Shown here: positions 27,147 to 40,315 of the stretch, piece by piece
How the letters are laid out: each line of letters opens with the position of its first letter
Position numbering within the stretch: the stretch's first letter is position 1
Source of the DNA: Leptogorgia sarmentosa
Taxonomy: Eukaryota
NCBI GenBank assembly: GCA_964658305.1
Contig: OZ210886.1
Location: 124,001-188,000, forward strand
Length of the DNA: 64,000 nucleotides
Direction: 5' to 3'
Position numbers and translations under genes: made by a program
Notes under the pieces: model-generated
Told to the model about the DNA's origin: nothing
The model's input: the letters and a program-made list of their open reading frames with translations, nothing else
Databases searched by the model: none

Positions 27147-28532
27147 CTAAACATTTGTGGTATCTTCAATAAGTTGATCTTGTCCTTCCTCTTCCGGGTC
27201 TTTTCTCTTTTCTCGTAACCACGACTATACAATAACAGAAAAGTGTTAAAAATATATTTTCAATAGATTAAACCAAATTACGATAACACTTTTTGAATTA
27301 AAAAAAAACGGTATATATATTAGAACTGAAGTCGTACCTATATACTTTAAATTGTAGCGCAAGTACACAAACATACTGTGGGTATACTGGTGTGGTCAAA
27401 CTGACAAATTAAAAAGGGCGTCTTTCTGCTGTAGAATTTACTTTCTTTATTTTGTTTTTATTTTTATTCTATCAACAGCACAGTGTGTAGCACTAACCGT
27501 TGTGACAACATCTCCACTCTTGTTCATGTTGCGGTATCTTTTAATGGCTTTTTCGCTTCCATGAAAATGTTCTCTTTGATCGTCTAGAACGAATGCGAAA
27601 ATCATGTGACAATTAACTTAACCCACTGATTTTTCTCCCTAACTCGATTATCAACCAGAATCAAGGATTACTTGGTAAAAGCCTACCTTTTCCTTTATGA
27701 TCGACATATCTGGCAGTGAGTCTGAACTGGACGATAGAACCAACAACAAAGAACAATGGCCATATAGCCAAGATAATCCAAGAAAACCAGCACGATTCCC
27801 CTTTACATTCCACTGTGATCCGTTTCCAAGCATATGTTAGTAACACGAACTGCTCGATGTAGAAATCTACAGCAATACTCACGAGTACACCACCAAACAT
27901 CGCCGTTGAAGCAATTGCTAAACTTTTTTGAAATTTCAATATCAACAATGCACAAATTAAACCAAGCCCGAGTAAGATCCCAAATGGGATCCACTTGGAT
28001 GGAATATCAACCAGAGGAGATATAGCCATGACCAGAGCAAGAGAAGTGAAGAATCCCATAGTAAAACCAGACAGAAAGAGACCAAAGATCGTGACAAGAA
28101 CTGAAATAACTGCAAAAACAACACCGATAAACAGAGATACTCCAAGAAGACCTGGGAATGAAAGACCTGTATAGAAACCACACACTGTGTATGTTACAAA
28201 TGCTCCAACAGCAACGGCTTCGACAAACAAAGAAGTACGCAGGTAACGATAACCTATAAAAAGGTCAGTATGATTAATCAATTCGTTATCGAGTCTGGGC
28301 CGGCAGGGCCGCGGCGGTATATCCCTTAAAGTAGTATGTATCACCGGTATCATAAATCACATTTCGTACCTGCAAAAACCAGGACAAATCCAGCTACAAT
28401 ACAAACTGCAGCAATGGCAGCAAAGCCAATATCTGATCCTTTCAGTTTCTTTTCTATGATAAAAACGTCGCAGTTTTTACTGCTTGAATTGTCGTCTTTA
28501 TATACTTCTGTAACATTCACTGTGCTTGCCAT
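27147..28532 (-). CDS. TMEM198: Transmembrane protein 198 (DUF4203 family), 4 coding exons
   Basis: Exons 28532-28370, 28253-27687, 27583-27498 and 27224-27147. Motifs GFVLVFAGYRYLR, GLFLSGFTMG, LKFQKSLAIASTAMFGG...VDFYIE, CWFSWIILAIWP and GDVVT; multiple hydrophobic helices. Confidence 0.88.
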
Positions 28533-31500
28533 GCCACAGTTTCCGAATGCACACAGCAAAATCACCAAACACTACAAAGTAAAAGATATGTTACGATTTT
28601 GCCAACAAGGTTTTGTCAATTTTAGAATATTGATATGGATACATCATTTGGATTCTTAAAGCACTTGCACGGCCGCCTTATTGAGATTGAAATGCGTCAC
28701 CTTAACGGTTGGAGTGAAAGACTATTAGTTACAGCATAAACGTTAGTTGACGCTCCTGGTTGTTTCTCAATTTCATGTGCATCATTAAAAATCTGAGCAA
28801 GTTTTAAAGGGCAGGAAAGGGTTCTAAAAAACAAAGGGTGATATGCGTAAGGTCGATTCAACCAGTTAGAACGCAGAAAAAAATTTTCGGTTTCTGTAAC
28901 TCAATACATGCAGAGATAATCCCGATGGCTTCATCGATATTTCTTGGCCTCCCGCCATAGCAGAGAGATTACGTCAAATTGTCTCGATGGAAAGCCTCAC
29001 TACGCACTATCAAACAGCCTCCGTCCATGCAATTACCTATCAGTACAGGGAGGGAAAAAAGAGTGAGAAATGAACCTAGCTCTTTCTAAATTTATCTCAA
29101 AATAGAATCCAAATTATGCTGTTGATATTATTACCGAATACATTTCATTGACATTGTGGATCATTTTTAAGATATCATCACTTTTATTCAGTTTATTATT
29201 TCATTTTCGGTAATAGAAAGACCACTGATCGTATTTCTAACCCCTGTCGATAAATACTAAATGGTCGTCTGTCTTTAAGCTTGTTCCTGCAGTCATGTAC
29301 AGGGGGTTCGACGTCTTTTTTATGCAAGAACGTCCAGCAATAAAGTAGATTTGAAGCACTAATCTGCGGATTTTAAAGTGCACTTGCTTATATTCAAGTG
29401 TGACTTCCTATATTTTAGACTTCCCATACTAAATCTTTTGATTTGCGTTCAGCAACTATAATATCCCGCATTTGTGTTTAATAATGCGAGAAAGGTCAAA
29501 TCAACACACTCTATTTGTTTTTAAACAAAACATTCATACACACTCCTAATAAAACATCGTCCCGCTTACTTGGCAAATCAACTAACAAAAAATGTTCTAG
29601 ATTTTTAATTTTCATCAGAGAATTCTGATTTCTGTCCACAATACTTTTTATTAGAAACATAAAAGGAACATCTGTCATCACCGCGTCACATACGGGAGAG
29701 TGCAAAATTATTCATCTCAAAATTAAGCTTTGCTAGATAAGTAGAACGTAAACAGTTTTAAAAGGTCCGATCCATTGGATTTAGTAGGATAATATATTAT
29801 TTTTAATAGGAAAATAAGGAAGTCCAATAGTGCAGCCGCCCCCATATACAAAAACTACTAGACTAAATACAGTAATATATAAACTTCCGAAAAAAATAGA
29901 AAGTAGAGGCCGGAGACAATATCAACTGTCAGACTTTGCACGGGTACGAAATACATTTTTTGCCAACGAGTTGGATACAAACCACTGAAAACATGAGACA
30001 ACAAGGTAACAAATGGAGCGGAAGAGGGAATATTGTGACCTGAATGTGTATTGTTCATGCTGCGAAACAATATTAATCTGTTCCACATTCTGCAATTTCT
30101 AAGGAAACAAATTGTGCAGTCCAGACTTTTCTCGACAAACTCATGAATTATTCTGAATTCAACGTTAGATGAAAACAAGGCGTTTGTGTATAATACATCT
30201 GCCGTAATCAGCTGGCCGTGTATTCGGAGCAAACTTTCTTGCTTCCATGAAGAAACTTTCTTGCTTCTAATTTGAAACCTGTCTGGATCAAGTACCATGA
30301 AATAATTCAAAGATATTTATACATGAATAAAAAAAACAACACTGTTTGAATACATAGCAAAAGCGAAATTCTGTTTCATCTTCGTCAATTAGTTCAACTC
30401 ATCACTATATGACATTAAATCCGTATATATGTACACATTATACATATGCGATAGCGATACTTCGTTCTGTTCCATTCCATCCATAGGAGCCCACGCTTGC
30501 AGAGTTCCAAACAACCGAGTTGTATTCTAGATTCACTGCACGTCAAAATCGATACAAGATGCCTTTCATTAAGTACTGTAGTTCTCTGAGTGTGTCAAAG
30601 ATCATACAAGCATACAAAAATAGCAATGTAAACTGATTTTAAAAAGCTAACAAAGTATATAATCTCATACCTTCCATAGCAATCTGGCTTGCCGCGGAAA
30701 CATCTTCAACTGGTCTGTATATGCTTACACTATACCCACACAAAACATAATATTTATGCTCACTACAGTGACAATACTCGAATAACCCAGCCCAGACTCT
30801 CGATCAACAATTAAAACGCGTTCATTGTCTGGCATGTGGCATTGTGTCATCACGTTTCAAAATCACTGCGTAACTATACAGTATACCACGCATGGAATAT
30901 TGGAGAATATTGAATAATTATGCATTATATGCTTCATTAGATTTACAAAAGAAGGCAGAGTTTCGCAACCTATTCTTCAAAAAATCATTATTCGCTTGGA
31001 AAATGAAAATTAATTTATTCGCTATTTAAACTGACATGCAGATTTATGACACATGCAGCTTTTGCCATGGAAATTACAGAATTTTACTGATGATACCTTA
31101 CCTTTAGATTATCTACAAATGTGACATTTACATTACTGCCTTTCGCCTAACTAAACAATTAAAATCAGCGATCCGTTCTATCTAGACGTTGTCAACTTGT
31201 CTTATCTTCCATTCGAATTTGCAGGAAGAAATGAATAATCCACGATTATTCTGGAAAGTTGTACACTTCGTCTTAATTAGTTGCATACTCACGTTCTGGT
31301 TTTGAGAGATCAGATGACAGAGATAATCCTTCTTAATCGGTTGGATAAATATTATAATATGATTATGTCTTTTCTAAAGCACAAGCCTACTCGCGTTCAT
31401 TCTACAACAGTTCTTGTTAGAACATGCAGTGCTGTGCTTCGTGTGACACCTTCTGACACTCGTTCCCGGAGTAATGGGTAAAACTGTAGTATGGTAAAAT

Positions 31501-31867
31501 GAAAGTACAAGGACGTTAACAGTTAACCCCCATACATGTCGAAATTTGAATTCATCAATTATGATCACTATATACCTAACGTACTTAAACAGAATTCCAC
31601 GTTTAATACAGCTATAAAACTTCGGGCTATCAATTGCCAATAAATTCACACATTTACATGCGAAATAATGAATGAATGTCAGAGCAGCGAATGCTGTCAG
31701 CGCGGTATATTGTGTTGTATTTCTGCATAAATATATGTTTCACCCTTTTTTGACCGGCAAACAAAAAAAATAGACAGTCCGCAATTTTGATTTCGTCAGG
31801 CATAGCGCACCGTCATTCCGCATTTCCTTGCCTCGCAATATTAAAAGCACCTTAATAATTGTGAGAG

Positions 31868-31881
31868 GTTACTATAGCAAC
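31868..31881 (+). promoter_or_regulatory. RFX X-box upstream of CFAP210
   Basis: GTTACTATAGCAAC fits the GTTNCY-AT-RGNAAC consensus and lies 23 nt before the ATG of a motile-cilia gene. Confidence 0.75.
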
Positions 31882-31904
31882 AGTGATCAACCACCAAACA
31901 ATAA

Positions 31905-34900
31905 ATGGCGACAACACAAGTTTTACATGGAAGACGTGAGGGACAAATAAGAGGTATTTTCTCATTCGATGAGATTTTTTTAAAGTTCTTCTGTAATGTA
32001 GCATGATGTTTTATATCTCGCAAATGGTTTAATCAAAATTAATAACGTTTTGCAGGAACAATGGCCGACAATCCAGTCTCTATTATACCCAGTGGAATAG
32101 ATGCTCGTGAGGTGAAGAACAATGCCATATTTTGAAATCTCTTCCCTATTTTGTGCACATGATTGCAAACTAAGCACTAGTAGATATCCTCTGCAACGGT
32201 TTGTTTATGAATTTAGGAATACGTTTTGAGAATCCTCAGAAATCAATCGGAGGTTTCTTCTCCAAACTTTTCAAATTGACATATAGATTTAAAAAAATTT
32301 TAAATACACCAACCAAAACAAATGATTTAAATCCAGGTTAGACCATGGAGGTACCCCCCTCTAAAGCACATACACACACCCCTGTATAACACCCGTTGCC
32401 CTGATGTGCATTGAATGTTTTGAAGTGGGCATTTTGAGTAATTCATTACATATAGTCAGAACTGAATGAAAAGACTTAAGCCAAAAGCATGAATGGTATT
32501 TCACAAAACAATAGTGTAATTTATCATTTACCACTAGCTCAGAGTCTGTACAATGGTATTATAGCATTCATGTTTAAATATAGGTGACAGTCCTTCAACC
32601 AAATGATTGGAAAAGAATCCAAGATGTATTATCAAAGACTAACTATGAAGCTCAAAGACAGGAGGCAGTTCAAAAAGAAAGAGAAGAATTACATAATATC
32701 TCTAAAAATATGGTAAAAAACTGGGGAAATACTATTGAGGTATGAATTGGTTGTAAACTGAGGGTACTTAATGTATAAATATTCACAAAAAATCCAAATT
32801 AAAACATTTTTCTACAGAATTTCCATGATTGCTATTGAAGTTGGAAGCTTTGAACGTAAGAAATCATTGCTCAGTTTACATAGATTTAACATGTTTCATT
32901 CTTCATGTAGGGACAACGACTGAAAAAACTCGAGGCAAGAAAAATAAAAGAGGAAAATGAAGAGGTAAAATATCCCTCCTGATTTTCAAGTTGTCTTCTG
33001 TCAATGATGTATGAAGGCTGAATAAAAAAAAATAGAGTGTAAAATCCATAATGTCAGGGTCCACTGAGTTAATGCGTAAAAAAATGATTAAAGTTTGGTA
33101 TCAGACTGTCAGTGAAAATCAATCACTCAGATTAACTATTCTTTAACTACAATTTGGAAATGTAGGCTGCCATAATTAACTTATCATTTGTTCATTAACT
33201 ACTTTTTAACTACAATGTCAGAATGTAGTCTGGCAGGTACCATGCCTAATTTTAGTGTGCAGTGATAACCAATTTGTGCAGTGATAAAGTAAAATGAGCA
33301 GTGATAAAAAGCAAAATGTGCAGTGATAAGAACCTAAAATGTCTCAAAAAGTAGTAACAGAACATGGTTAGTTTCCAGGGCATAATTGTACTAGGCTAAA
33401 ACTTTACATGAAATTAAATGTGCAGTGATAAAAAATTCTTAAAATTAGGTATGGCAGGTACAATATATGCTTCAAATATTATGCGTTTCAAATTCACACC
33501 ATTTTATCAACTAAAAAATTTTCTTTGCTTCTACAAGCATTAAATAAATAAAATTCACTAGCAGTATAGTCACTTTTGATCATGAATAAAAACGTACCTA
33601 TATAAACATTATATATTGCAAAAATTGTTATTGTATAGGAGGAAAAGAGATTGATAGACATTGAAGAAGCGAAATACCAAGCTGAAAAAAGAAAAGAGGC
33701 CATCGAAAGGGCAAAGACGCTGCAGTACCACAAGACAGACAGAGTGAAAGGCTATCATGTAAGTAGCTAACGCATAAAGAAGTTTGATTTGAAAAAAAAA
33801 GCATTCTAATTCACCCAGAATTATGTACATGTACTATAGTATACAAAATATTTTTTCTATATATAACTATATTGCAATAAAAAGAACAGTTGTGCCAATC
33901 AACGTACACTGCATAAATCTCTTTCACAAATTGCATTTCAAAAAAACAATATATTGAATAAATGTGTTCCATTCACGGTGTGTAGAATAATGAAAAATGT
34001 TCTGTTAGTAGTGGTGTGATTTTAAAACAAATAAATCCAACATTTTTAGAGTGCATTACTGCTGACTGAGGTATTGAGAGAACGAGATGCTCAAGTGAAG
34101 ATGAAAAATAAACAAGCAGAAGCAGTGAAAAACAAAGATAATTATTTAATTGAGCTACAGAGGAAAGTAAGTACACAGTATAAGTCCACTGAACCCTTTC
34201 AACGCGTTTTTCACCCTGATAGCCTCATTTTCATGAGATAGTGGTCGACAGGAATTCACATGTTTGTGATTGGCTCCACTAGTACTGTTGTAGTAATTGC
34301 GCACGAATGCTATCCAAGATCCATTTTGTAACCATTCTGTTAGCTTTGAAATACTTACATGTCGTCTTTTTTATTTTAATGACTAGCATTACGAAGAAGG
34401 TGTTCTCGAGGACCAGGAGAAAGCATTGAAAAGATATAATGCAAGACAGCAGATTCGTGATTTTCAACATCTACAGTATGTTTTGTCTTCTTGTAACTGC
34501 ATGTCCAGGACGCATGTCATGCATGTGCATACATGTAGCTACATGGATCGATACAGCACACCACGCTGTCTTTCGAAAAATGATCAAACTTCTTAATGCT
34601 TTGGTAGAATTAAAGAAAAAGAGGAACAGGGAGCTGTTGAAAAAGAACTTGATGTTGCAGAAGGTCAAAATATTAAAGAACAAGTGGTAAGTCGTTATAA
34701 TTGTACATGGGCGCCCTTATGGTAAAAATCGCGGATTTCAACTTGTGTTCAACAAGAGGGTACTATGCATATATGATATGCAAAGTATATAAAACGTTTC
34801 TTTATTGATTCCAGGCTATGTATAAGGCAGCAAAGCAAACAATTGAAGAGCAACGTCGTCAGGTACTTATTGCACTATTGATGGTATTAATATTTGAAAT

Positions 34901-37716
34901 TCTCATAATTAGCTCATAAAGCCAAAGCTGAAAATTATGGATATACCTAAAAATCTTTGAAGATAGCAATAAATACCAAAAATTCGTTTTGTCCATAATA
35001 TTTGGCTCTAGAATATGCAGTCCACAGGACGATAGTATATTATCGTAAAATTTCATGTTAAGTTTATGTTTTATTACGTTGATTTAGCAAAAACGATCTC
35101 TGATGGAAAGTCACAAGAAGACGATGAAAGACAGACAGGTAACTGACTGTGCATGTATATTGTATATGAATGTATGGATAGTAGCTACAATATTGCAGTT
35201 ACTGCCAGTACTCTGTCAGTATATAGTTCTAAATGATACCTCATATGGAGGTATTTACCATGTCTCTACACTATATGGTTTGCGAAGGACAATCTTTTTT
35301 TAATTAGCTGTATAGCTATACGATTTTGAATTAGCTGTATACAATAGCGCCATTTCTACCAGCTCAGTTGCTAGCGTTCAACTAGCTCAATAGCTATAGC
35401 TTTCTACCAGCTAGAAAAGTAAGTGATGAATTAATATGAAAATCATAAATACAAGATACATATAAGGTCGCCGATAACTTTTTACCATTTTCTACTCTAG
35501 ATATTTTTGGAAAAAGAACGAGAAAAAGATGAAGAGGAGAATGAAGAAATTCGACAATTTGCGGCCGCTAAGAAGGTAGTGTATTTGTGGTTGTAGCTAG
35601 ATGATGGTTAAAAAAAAATCTTGTCGAAAATGAATTTGTTTTTGATCTGTGAATGTCTACATTGTTTGTTATAATAAACAAACTATAAATTTTAAAAGTG
35701 ATATTGATATTAATCACATTTAGAAAATGTCCAAGATGAGGAAAGAAAAGGAAATTGAATTGTTCGAGTAAGCATGCAATCATGGTTGAAATGTTTTCTG
35801 AGTTTAAGTTTTATAAGGATTATGTAAAATGACTTGTATAGCTATAATACATAAGAATACGTTCTCTGGGTAAGAAGATGGTTGAAAGCGTGTAATAATG
35901 ATATATTCCGGTCAAGCAACGTGTTATTTCTGGTTCACTTCATCCAATTTTGACTGATATATTGTTATGTTCCAGAACCTTCCAAGAACATACTGAGAAA
36001 ATGCGCAATAAACTTGCAGCTGAAATGAAACAAAAAGTTGACGACGAAGATGATCGCCTTGCACGAGCTGTGGCTGAACGAGATGACAAGGTGGCGAAAG
36101 AAGAACGAGCAAAACAAGAAAAAGAATTGCTCTCTAGAAAATCCATTCATCAACACAGAATAGACACCGTATGTAGTTGTACTTTTAACCAGCAGGGTGC
36201 TGTTAAACATTGACCACTATGTATATGTATTTTGTGTTGAAACTGTACGTATTACCTTTACAATTTAGGTAAAAGATAGAGAAAACAAACTCCAAGAAGA
36301 TCGTGAAAACGATAAACATCTTCTAAAGCTTCGAATAGAATCCGATAAAAAGGTTAGTTACTGGATTTCATGGAATACACACCAAGGTATTCCTAACCCA
36401 TACACTTAACAAGGTATACTTTTTAATGTCCCGGGAATGATTTAATCAGCCAGGCAACATAGTCACGGAAATCTTAATGCCCCAGGAATGATCTGATTAG
36501 TCAATTAAGTCAAGGTACTGTGCTCTTTAATGCCCTTTCTACACCTCAAACTATTATTTATTTCAAACTAGTTCATTTCAAACTATTAAAAATGAAAAAT
36601 GCGCTGGATCCTGAAATGATTTCTAAGGATAAATAAATGAAGTGAAATGAAAATTTTCTTTGAATTTGAAGTTAACCAAAGATTAAACTCCATTTTAAGC
36701 TGCCCAGATTTTGAACGACTGGCCCAGGGGGCAGAGACATAATTTATTTTCATGTAATTATATTTTTTGTCTCGCAGGATCAAAAAGAGGAAGAATTTAA
36801 GCTATCCAAACAACGTGATCATGCTAGAAAGTTGAAAAACATACACCAGGATCAAATGGTATGGCTGTTAGTTTTGCAATTTGTGAAATATTTAAAAGAG
36901 AACGGGCAGGTTTATTTTAGACCCAATCTCCAATATCAATTGTTTCGTACATCGATCCTTTGGGATCTTGTTTTTAATTACAGCAAAAGTTTCCACATTC
37001 TAATATTCGGATATGTAAACGGTTTAAATATAAGTGAAACTGCTGGAACAATTTAAAAACAGTTTGATTTCCATGACAAATTACCATTTCATTCAGTTGT
37101 CTTTCAAAACACATCGTTTTTTTTTTACTTGGGAGAATTAATTGTGAAAATTCGTTGTATTTATTCGAAATTTTGTTTAATGAAGCTCCTGAAATGGTGT
37201 GTCAAAGGAAAGAAGTAATCCACAAATGTAACCGCAGCTTATAAACTGTACACAACTGAAAACTATATAATCAATTGTTCGCTTGTCCAATGAGAACTGA
37301 GTAGTTTAAACAATGAGAACAAAAAATAAATAACATTATGATATGATATGTTCTAGAATGAAAAGGTACATCGCAAGAAAGGGCAGGTGAAGGAAAATTT
37401 AAATTTTGATCATGAAAATGCAAGATTGATGGCAGAAGAAGAAGCTTACTTTCAAGAGTACGCCAACAAAGTTTTGAGTGAACAAAAAATCAAGGATCCT
37501 TCTGGTAATCATTTTCCATTAATCAAGGCAGCTACGGAAGGCCCTGGAGGAGGGCGTGGTCCGAAGTTCGAGGGGAAAAGTGGATATCGCCCCAGTTATA
37601 TAGTATGTGACAGTACAGGTGTACAGCTTCCTAATTACTCACAGGACAGTGCAGCACGCAGTAAAATTCAAGGACGTCCTGGTCAATCATTTAAACGACT
37701 TGGTTATAACTGGTGA
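31905..37716 (+). CDS. CFAP210: Cilia- and flagella-associated protein 210 (CCDC173), ~16 exons
   Basis: In-frame exons MATTQVLHGRREG; IIPSGIDAREVTVLQPNDWKRIQDVL; MVKNWGNTIEGQRLKKLEARK; IDIEEAKYQAEKRKEAIERAKTLQYHKTDRVKGYHSALLLTEVLRERDAQV; long coiled coil; C-terminal GPGGGRGP...DSTGVQLPNY...KRLGYNW*. Confidence 0.88.
33241..33453. mobile_element. hAT-type MITE with 8-bp TSD
   Basis: TIR CATGCCTAATTTTA/TAAAATTAGGTATG. TSD GCAGGTAC at 33233-33240 and 33454-33461. Five internal GCAGTGATAA repeats. Confidence 0.88.
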
Positions 37717-39294
37717 AAGTGCCAGCAATGACTGTAATGAATACGTGTAAATAAATCTCATTGTTGAAATAAGTTGAAAAGGTGGAGAGTTTGAAGCTTT
37801 TCCTTGCGAAAACAGTAATACCATTTGGGTATTATGTAAGAAAAGGGATTGTCGATTTAGATTCCACCAAACATACAATCGTTCATTATTTTTTATGTAC
37901 AATTTTATATAAAATCATTGCATTCATGGAAAAGGTTGTGTACGTCAGGTCACCGCAACTGTTTAACATATTGATTGCGTTTCAGACGTAACACCTCCCC
38001 CTCCTCCAACGTAATGGGCAGCAACACCCTTCTAATTGTTGCCCTCTACCCACGCATGGCTACATACGGTTGTATAAAAAAGTTTGTATAAAAGAAAGGT
38101 AATCTAAACTTGGTTTGTTATTCATTGTGTGTTACGCCTGAGTGTAGAAACATAATGTTTGCATCATCATAAAGACAAGGTTCTCGGCTATTGAATGGGG
38201 GCGAGGGGAGGGGGGACGGCTCCGGTCCCCTTCCCTGTTCCTACGTCCCTGTTCAGTATACACCCAGTAATTAATCCACAATGGCATGCCAATATGGAAA
38301 AGTTGGATTAACTTTTTTTATACACATCGTGCGTTTGACGAGAAAATATATAAGTATTCCCGATGAAGATTCTTATCATTAATATTTGTATTTTGTTACG
38401 TTCAACAAAATATTTAACTTACTCATGCATGCAGTGTGTTAATCATTTTTCCTGTTGCTAGATTATCTAAAAATAGCAGGAATAAGTCCAGAAGACCAAT
38501 GAATAAGTAGGATTATATAATATGTAAAATATTTCAGTAATCAGTGAATAATAAAATCCTTAAATCCTCCTTAATCCCTAAAAATGATAATTTCTGATTG
38601 TGTCAAGTTTAAAGGTGATGTCCACTCCGTTCTGCGCATCGGTTCTGCTCATAACAAATCGGGACCCGCAGATATAACATTGCAAAAATTTTGTAATGTT
38701 CCGAACTTTTTTTGAATCAAAACTCTGGTTTATATCCATTTATGACCATAGCAAACCAAAACAGCGTTAGATATGCTGTTAGTATTATCATATTTTACAA
38801 ATATAGCTGTTCAAAATGTCAACAAAGCATTTGTTTACATTATGAGTGGAGGGCACCTTTAATATTACCCATGCTACCCATATCTTCATATTATTATTTT
38901 ATGTTACCAGAAAAAGGGTATATTAGCATAAAAATGATTTCTTCAGACAAATAAGTTATCGTAAAAGCGGGAATGTTTGCTCCGTTATCAAAGTCGGTCT
39001 AGGAAGATAAACCGTAAATCATTTCATTACAATTTGTAGCGCCCCCATAATCAAAATTGTAAATCAGTCAGAACGTGCAAAATGAATTTGCAATATCAGA
39101 ATATCAAAGAGGTCTGTTAACCAAATCTTTGTACTAATATCTACCGAGATGGAACAAGTTTCGGCATATTTGACCAAGAAAAAGGGCTTATTTTAATATA
39201 ATTTTTAAAACAGGAAAGAAGACCAATCAAAGACTGTTGTAATTGGTCGGTATAACAAGCCCTACCCGTTTATCATAGTCTTATACCCTACCTG

Positions 39295-39704
39295 AGCAGC
39301 AAATTACTAAAGTTCTACTTGCACATTTCTACTAACTTCCTGAACGATAATAAATTTCCAGAGAACGATTCCTCAAAACGTCGAATCTTATTGTATCGTT
39401 TAGGTAGCCAGTGTTGAACTTTTGCTGCGTTTTCGCTACATGCACAGATAACAGTCTCCGTACATCAATATGTGGTTAACAGCTATCGTTCAACACGCTT
39501 CGTGAATTTCAATTTCGTGCAACTGCGAAGTGTGATCATTTGCAGCCCAGTGGAGCGCAGGTGGCGGATAACAACATCAATAAGCAGCAAAGTTCTACTC
39601 ACTAGCTAAACGATACTACAACAAGTTCGACGTTTCGAGCAAAGGCCCTTCGCCCTGAATTTCTGTATATAGTTGTATTGGTAAATCTCCTTTTGCTGCT
39701 TATT
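39295..39704. mobile_element. Two inverted remnants of a Penelope-like repeat (39295-39428 +; 39579-39704 -)
   Basis: The segment ctc(g/a)aaacgtcgaa...gtatcgtttag.tag...gaactt(t)tgctgc is shared in opposite orientations. The minus copy has CGAAGGGCCTTTGCTCGAAACGTC, resembling the PLE hammerhead module. Confidence 0.55.
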
Positions 39705-40315
39705 AAACTACAATGAACTATAATCAATTGAGTCAGAGTTTTAAATGTGTATAATACATGCGTTGCATTCGAGGTTAATAAATTGCCAGTGGGAATATCG
39801 CTGTAAATTACCGAGCACAGAGATTAACGACTCATTATGCACGTCGGAAACATCAGAAGCAATGAGAAATAGCGGTTTCCTTGTCTACAGGTCACGTGAT
39901 GTAATCAACAGATATAATTTTCTATAGTGTATTCAAGCCAATGTAATACATGGCGGTGATAGTACGTTGATAGGCTGGCGTATCATCGGCTAGATTATTG
40001 CAAATTCCATGGATGTGTTGATGGAAGGATATTAAAATATGGTAGGCACAATTTGACAAACATTACTATTGGCAGACCGGTTAATGCATCTATATAAATA
40101 ATTACTGGAAGTGGCTTGGACAAGACTTGGAGTGTGTTGTTTCAAAACCAAAACCCGCACGATAGATATGTAGCAAGAGTGTCAGGATTGTCTTAGGCGA
40201 GATTCGTCCTCATGGCTACCAAAACGGCGTGAAGGCAGTCGTCTTAACATCAACAATTAATATTATTCAGCACGACACAAGACCAGGTGTTCACCCGAGG
40301 TAACTCATTTTGGTA

